NCBI GenBank assembly: GCA_951406725.2 | Contig: OX597826.1 | Coordinates: 60,098,001 to 60,160,000, forward strand | Source: Octopus vulgaris | Taxonomy: Eukaryota | Reading direction: 5' to 3' | Length of the DNA: 62,000 bases | Shown: one piece after another, positions 55,390 to 62,000 of the stretch | Layout: every line of letters begins with the position of its first letter | How positions within the stretch are numbered: the first letter of the stretch is position 1 | Notes under the pieces: generated by a model | Told to the model about the DNA's origin: nothing | Seen by the model: the letters and a program-made list of their open reading frames with translations, nothing else | Database searches by the model: none | Translations under genes and position numbers: made by a program

Positions 55390-55880
55390 TATTTCCTACT
55401 CTAGGCACAGAGCCCGAAACTTTTGAGGAGGGGGCCAGTCGATTAAATAGACCCCAGTATGCAACTGGTACTTAATTTATCGGCCCCGGAAGGATGAAAG
55501 GCAAAGCTAACCTCTGCGGAATTTGATCTCAGAACGTAGACAGACGAAATACCTATTTCTTTACAACCCACAAGGGGCTAAACATAGAGTGGACAAACAA
55601 CGACGGAGAAAAGGATTAAGTCGTTTACATCGACCCCAGTGCGTAACTGGTACTTAATTTATCAACCCCGAAATGATGAAAGGCAAAGTCGACCTCGGCG
55701 GAATTTGAACTCACAACGTCACGGCAGACAAAATACCGCTAAGCATTTCGCCCACCGTTCTAACGTTTCTGCCAGCTCGCCGCCTTAAACCAACTACAAT
55801 ATTCATTTCTACTTTGGGTACAAGGCCTGAAAATTTTTTTTCGGGGAGCGGGGTAGTCGAATTGATCGACGTCAGTATGA
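55390..55880 (-). mobile_element. Cluster of three SINE family C copies (one full at 55553-55784, two partial)
   Basis: Repeated CTGGTACTTAATTTATC...AAAGGCAAAG...GCGGAATTTG units; head CTCGCCGCC at 55776-55784. Confidence 0.88.
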
Positions 55881-56672
55881 AACTAATGAAAGCGCAGCAA
55901 CTCCGTTGCAACAGCTCTGAAGATAAAATCGTTGCCAAATCTCGACAATTAAATGAGGAGTTCACCATGTAATTAACTAATCAATTTCGTGCCTTTCACG
56001 CCTTCGAGTAACTGCTGCGTGTGTTATTCTTTACGCTACGGGAGTTTAAAAACCATGTAACCTTAATAAATAATTGCATTAGCAATATTCTACAAACTAC
56101 ATTGAAGTAGTCTAACGTCACCGAGAACATACAACGATGGTGAAAAATACACAGAGGTGTCTCACGTACCTATCAATATATTATAACGCTATTCTTAATC
56201 GATGACACAATCAACGCCTTTCTTCACCGCCAAAATTATGTCTAATTAAATAACAGATACGCTACATGGTATATGCACAACGTAATACCTGTTTGCTACC
56301 GGGAATCATTGTACACTATGATCTATGTCTCCTCAGACAGACAGCTGTTTAGATAACGATCATTCATTCATTTTATATATTTCCCTGGCTAGACGTTTTG
56401 TCTGAAAATGTCTGACAGTTTACATTACAGCTGCGCTCAATCTATTTTTTTCGGAAAAAGAGGAGGCGGGGGTAATATAACTTCCGGACTCTTTCGCATT
56501 TTCTCATATTTTCTATAATTGTCTTAAACTTCAATTACGCCGATACATACTTCTCCTTAAGTTTATAAATTAGCACAATGGATATATATAATATATATAT
56601 ATATATATATAAATACATATATGTATCATAACGAGGGGACAGCTACCATATATATATATATATATATATATA

Positions 56673-56965
56673 GTTAATCCAAACATGAACAAAGAGAAAA
56701 CACAATAACACGAGGACGTGGAACAAGTATAGTGTTATTTGACGCTCAGGAAAGGAAAGAAAGAATGGGAATTTAACGTTTCGAACGGAGCACTTCGTCA
56801 GAAATATACAAAAAAATGAAAAATCCAAGAATGGGAAGACGGAGAAAGAAAATCGCCAAAGATAGACTCACGGTCACATATTGAAGCGACCGGAAGGGAA
56901 TGGGGGGAAGTTCATTCAAAGACAGTAGAGTGCAAGAGAATGAGGTATGTGTGTGTGGGGGATGT
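56673..56965 (-). mobile_element. HHR-bearing short element, family 2, flanked by (TA)n
   Basis: ATTT CTGACGA A GTGC-TCC-GTTC GAA ACGT T AAAT at 56771-56805; homologous to 37184-37385. Confidence 0.8.
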
Positions 56966-58614
56966 ATATATATATATAATAGATACAACATTGCATGATT
57001 TCGGATGCGTCCTTAATTTCTTGTTAGATTCATAGAAAGGAGGTTGCGAGATACACCGTATTTTCGGCAGGGGAGACCTTTCCTTCCAAAAGGAAAGAAA
57101 AACATAGCAGTATGAAAAGAACTGACACCAGTTCAAGCTTGGTACTTCGTCCGTCGAACTCAATAGAAAGAAAGAAAGTGTTAATGTAATCTGGATTTGA
57201 ACTCAGTGCGCACTGAGCCGGGTGATTGTACAAAACGATTTCTTCGATTCTTTCACATATATGTAAGTGTACATATACGTATGTATGTATGTATGTATGT
57301 ATGTATGTATGTATGTATGTATGTATGTATGTATGTATGTATGTATGCATGTATGTATGTATGCATGCATGCATGCAATATTATTAATAAATATCTTAGC
57401 AGACAATAATGGATGAATGAAATTAAATAAAAACAGTTGATAATGATGCCGATATTAGCTTTCATGTTTATGGTTGGGGTGGTTTTGATGATCACGATGA
57501 TGATGATGACGATTACGATGATGATGTGATGATAATTACATTATTTTATTTGCGGGCAATGTTCCAAAGTCGTGTTGGTTTTACAAGGCAGGAATTGAAT
57601 ATTCTTACAAAAAGTGTCGGCGGATTTATGCTATATATGACTGCAAAATTAATCACAATAAAAACTGAGTTAAGATGACATAACAACTTGTAACTATAAC
57701 GATAAAGAAAGACAGAATCATCGGGGAGAACAATAAAACATAAATTGGTAAATTTTACACAAACCTCGAATATACTTAACGCGCGAAAGACAAGGGTTTA
57801 GGACCAATCCTTAGTTCAGTGTCATAAGTCCACGCAGTCTCAGAAATTTTGCCACTCTCACGCACATTTCATTAAAAACCTGGAAAATATTACATCCATT
57901 TTATTCATTCAAACATGTTAATATGTGCTGATAGTGGTACACATTTAGGCGCAAGCTGCACTGACAGTTTGAACGTCTACGTCTGCTGAAGGTTGTATGT
58001 CTTTATATAATCTAGGTACGCATACATGTTTGTAAATGCGGCTAGGCTCCGTGCGTTAGTATTTGCTCATTAGGACATTGAAGTATTTAACACAGTGACA
58101 AGAATATTTCGTTACAGATTGGTTGGTCAAGTTATGACCCCCTTCTCATGAAACATGCCACAACAGGCTATGTTTATTGTCCCACTGTTTACAATTTTAC
58201 CATTTCGTTACTCGGTCTCTCTCTCTCAATCTACTGCACCCAAAAAAACATATCTAATTAGATTTCACATTGAATATAGTTGGTTAGAGAATTATTATTG
58301 CTGTCGAACAGATTTTCGAAATCAGCAAATGTATTTTGCTTGAAAATCTATATAAATATCCTGCAGAGTGGGTTGTTCGTCGAGGAAGCGGTTGCCTACC
58401 ATACGTTGATAATAGGCAAACACCTTGAAACCTAGGTCCGTGTGTGGTTTCCGCTTCATCGGGGAATTATCTCCCTTTGCAGGATAGAGGACGCCGTGAT
58501 GGTGTCAAGCCTATCTGGCGACGTTGATGTTCGCCTGGTGCTAAATGCAACAGTAACACCCCCACCACCCTGCCCTGTCCCTAGCCATATTCAGATGGCT
58601 TTAGTCCCTTATGT

Positions 58615-58699
<85 letters not shown>

Positions 58700-58707
<8 letters not shown>

Positions 58708-58946
58708 ATATTTCGGAATGGTCATATTGCCAGTTTAGCCAATAAAAACACACGCACTATATATTTGGTGTTATTTTGCTTCAGTGATATTTATTTTTAC
58801 ATTAATCTTAATCTTATTTTGGCCGAAATAAGATTAAGATTAATGTAAAAAATAAATATCACTGAAGCAAAATAACACCAAATATATAGTGCGTGTGTTT
58901 TTATTGGCTAAACTGGCAATATGACCATTCCGAAATATAACAATAT
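58700..58946. repeat. ~246-bp near-perfect palindrome abutting (TA)n
   Basis: Arms reverse-complementary except one 1-nt indel and one T.G pair; centre GGCC at 58821-58824. Confidence 0.95.
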
Positions 58947-59000
58947 CTGTTTCAACACACGACTTCACATAAAAAATCTTGCACAACAAATATTTAAACG

Positions 59001-59034
<34 letters not shown>

Positions 59035-59060
59035 CATACGTATATATACATATCTATATC

Positions 59061-59102
<42 letters not shown>

Positions 59103-59226
59103 CGTACATATATGTATAATATATTATATGTATATATATATATATATATATAGATATATATATATATATACACAGACACAAAAAAAAGAGAAAGAAACAA
59201 TGATATTTGGAGAGTAAAATATGTAT

Positions 59227-59523
59227 ACTCTTTTACGTGTTTCAGTCATTTTACTGTGGCTATGCTGGAGCACCGCCTTTAGTAAACACACCAGCATCGG
59301 TATCCAGTGATGTTGGTGGACAAACACTCACACACAAACACACACACACACACATACATATATATACATATATACGACGGGCTTCTTTCAGTTTCGTCTA
59401 CAATATCCACTCACGAGGGTTTGGTCGGCCCGAGGCTATAGTAGAATACACTTGCCCAAGGTGCCACGCAGTGGGACTGAAGATGGAATCATGTGGCTCG
59501 AAGGAAGCTACTTACCACACAGC
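59227..59523 (-). mobile_element. SINE family A with large internal deletion
   Basis: Tail joined to AAACACACCAGCATCGG segment, then body and head remnant. Confidence 0.85.
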
Positions 59524-59819
59524 CAATTTTACACCTATGTATGTACATATATATAAGTATATATTTATGTATACGAGGGTGCTTGAATACCTGTGCTAAA
59601 TGCAATGGCAGGTAACGGTGGGGGAAGTTTTGGTTTAATGGTTATCACTATGGAGACACAATTGACAGGCACATGGTTCGTTTCCCTGAGGTGATTTTGT
59701 TCAGTTTTGTGCGTCTTATGCAGCGCTGTGAATGTATTTAAATCTTAAGCATTTACATCATATTAGACAGGCACAACTATACACACACACAAAAACATAC
59801 ATACATACATACATACATG

Positions 59820-59887
<68 letters not shown>

Positions 59888-59976
59888 CACATATATAATA
59901 TGTTATATAATATAATAAATTACATACGTATATATATTTTTTATTTTTATATGTATATATATATACATACACACAC

Positions 59977-60010
<34 letters not shown>

Positions 60011-60650
60011 ATGTGTGTGTGCTTATGTGTGTGTGCGTGTGTGTGTGTATGTGTGTGTGTGTGGGGGGGGGGTATGTATTCCAATATAAACAAAGGTATT
60101 CCAATACAAACACGTGCGGGACCGATGAGCTTAAAATTATGTTAATTCTACCATTGAAATACGGATTAATTCTTTAAAATATTACAAAATAAAATGTAAA
60201 TGGCTAATCATATATTACGAAAACATTTATATTTAATACCTTATAATATACAATAAGCTTCTTATATTTTAAATCTGCTGAAATTCTGAGTTTTCACATG
60301 TACACGCAGATGCTGACAAATCCAATGCATTGAACGTATTTGTGAAACATCCATAAACTTTTTAATGGCCTCTGACACGGCACATACAAACAAGCGCTTA
60401 CTTAGTAACTTAAATGAAACAACGGATTGATAATAACTACTGAGATCCATAACTAAATAATATTTGCTAATATGCGCATATTCTGCTGTGAAATTTGTTA
60501 AGAAATCGTACCTAGCTTAACTGTAACTATGTTGCTAATTTCTCAGCATTGAAGATTTTTTCTCTTACTGTTAATAACGTTTAAAATCATATGACCAGTT
60601 ATACAATGAAAACATACTGGTACTTTATAAATAATTTCTTTTAAGATTAA

Positions 60651-60813
60651 GGAGATATGGCTGCGTGGTAAAAAAGTTTGCTTCTCAATCACATAGTTCG
60701 GGTTTCTGTCCCACTGCCTGACAATTTGGACAAGTGCCGTGCATCATAGTCTCAAGCCGATCAGACCCTTGTAAGTGGATTTGATAGGCGGAAACTGAAA
60801 GAAGCTCGTCGTA
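60651..60813 (+). mobile_element. SINE family A 5' half, diverged
   Basis: GGAGATATGGCTGCGTGGTAA...GGAAACTGAAAGAAGCTCGTCG. Confidence 0.8.
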
Positions 60814-60910
60814 CTTATATATATATATTTATATATATATACATGTCTCTACGAGAGATTTAGAAATTTAGTATTTCTGATATATATATATATGTGTGTG
60901 TGCGTGTGTA

Positions 60911-61015
<105 letters not shown>

Positions 61016-61234
61016 GAAAAAACAAGTCAAATTAGAAAATGCTAAAGTAATTTTATAAAGAACATTTCAGTACCGGTTTCGGTCATTTTGAGACCTTTTC
61101 AACTGTAACGATTAAATAGAAAAATTAAAAGAAAAGATTTTTTAAAGGAATATTTGTATAGTGTTCAAATATAAGTGGCATTCTGCCTTTCTCTGCCTCC
61201 CTTGTTTGCGCTTGTGTGTTCTAGGCCGTTGTGG

Positions 61235-61237
<3 letters not shown>
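61016..61237 (-). mobile_element. HHR-bearing short element, family 3, embedded in (TA)n
   Basis: ~220-bp unique unit with TA tracts on both sides; HHR about 50 nt from its 3' end. Confidence 0.7.
61068..61105 (-). ncRNA. Hammerhead ribozyme, minimal type I, U3-A8 variant
   Basis: CAG TTGAAAA GGTC-TCAAAAT-GACC GAA ACCGGT A CTG: all three helices form, palindromic stem III, GUA site. Confidence 0.85.
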
Positions 61238-61298
<61 letters not shown>

Positions 61299-61400
61299 TA
61301 CATATATATATATGTATACATATATATATGTATACATATAAAAAAAACAGTAATACAGAGATAAAATACTCAAACTTTTTTAAAATACCTTTTAAAATCA

Positions 61401-61785
61401 AGGATATGAGGGTGTGTGGTTAGAAGCTTGTTTCCAAACGACATGGTTCTGGGTTCAGTCCGACTATGTGGCGCCTAGAGCAAGAGTCTTCTACGATAAC
61501 TTCGGGTTGACCAGAACCTTGCCACTAGATTTGATAGACGGAAGCTGAAAGAAGCCCGTCATATATATGCGAGAGTGTGTCTATGTATCTATGTTTTTCA
61601 CGCCACCATCGCCCCACACCCAATATTGGGGTGTTTACGTCCCCATAACTTAGCAGTTGATAAATATAATCGATAGAGTAACAGCTAGGATAACATAGAA
61701 TGAGTTCTGCTCTCGATTTCTTCGACTAAACGCATTAAGGTGGTGCCCCAACATCGCCGCAATCAAATGATTGAAGGAAGCAAAA
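61401..61785 (+). mobile_element. SINE family A, old and diverged
   Basis: Head, GATTTGATAGACGGAAGCTGAAAGAAGCCCGTC body, GGTGGTGCCCCAACATCGCCGC tail. Confidence 0.8.
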
Positions 61786-61802
61786 AAATATACACACACA
61801 CA

Positions 61803-61857
<55 letters not shown>

Positions 61858-61858
61858 A

Positions 61859-61950
61859 GGACTGGCTGTGTGATAAGTAGTTTGCTTACAATGCACAAGG
61901 TTCTGGGGTCAGTCCCATTGTATGACACCTTGGGCAAGTGATTTCTACTG
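61859..61950 (+). mobile_element. SINE family A 5' fragment
   Basis: GGACTGGCTGTGTGATAAG...GACACCTTGGGCAAGTG. Confidence 0.78.
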
Positions 61951-62000
61951 TAATGAAATTACGACATGCATATGGTGCGTTATAAGAATTTATAGAAAGG

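Overview
AT-rich, microsatellite-saturated animal genomic DNA. The SINE families, repeat style and LINE types recall an octopod cephalopod (Octopus sp.); this is recognised from memory, not searched. No bacterial features, rRNA, true tRNA or CRISPR array, and no host protein-coding exon could be identified with confidence. Nearly all ORF-track entries are translations of microsatellites or SINEs. The window holds four tRNA-derived SINE families and decayed fragments of a Penelope-like element (PLE, GIY-YIG endonuclease), CR1/L2-type LINEs, R4/Dong-type RLE LINEs, a mariner transposon and a Helitron/DINE-1-like element, plus several long fold-back palindromes. The most notable signal is nine hammerhead-ribozyme (HHR) motifs of minimal type I architecture, read by eye. 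Three have an intact catalytic core and helices (12959-12999, 33597-33630, 61068-61105), with covarying stems and a compensatory U3-A8 core variant. One sits at the 3' end of the PLE. The other eight lie in short non-coding units that end in (TA)n tracts and are all on the minus strand. This suggests a PLE-derived, retrozyme-like, microsatellite-targeting family of self-cleaving RNA elements.
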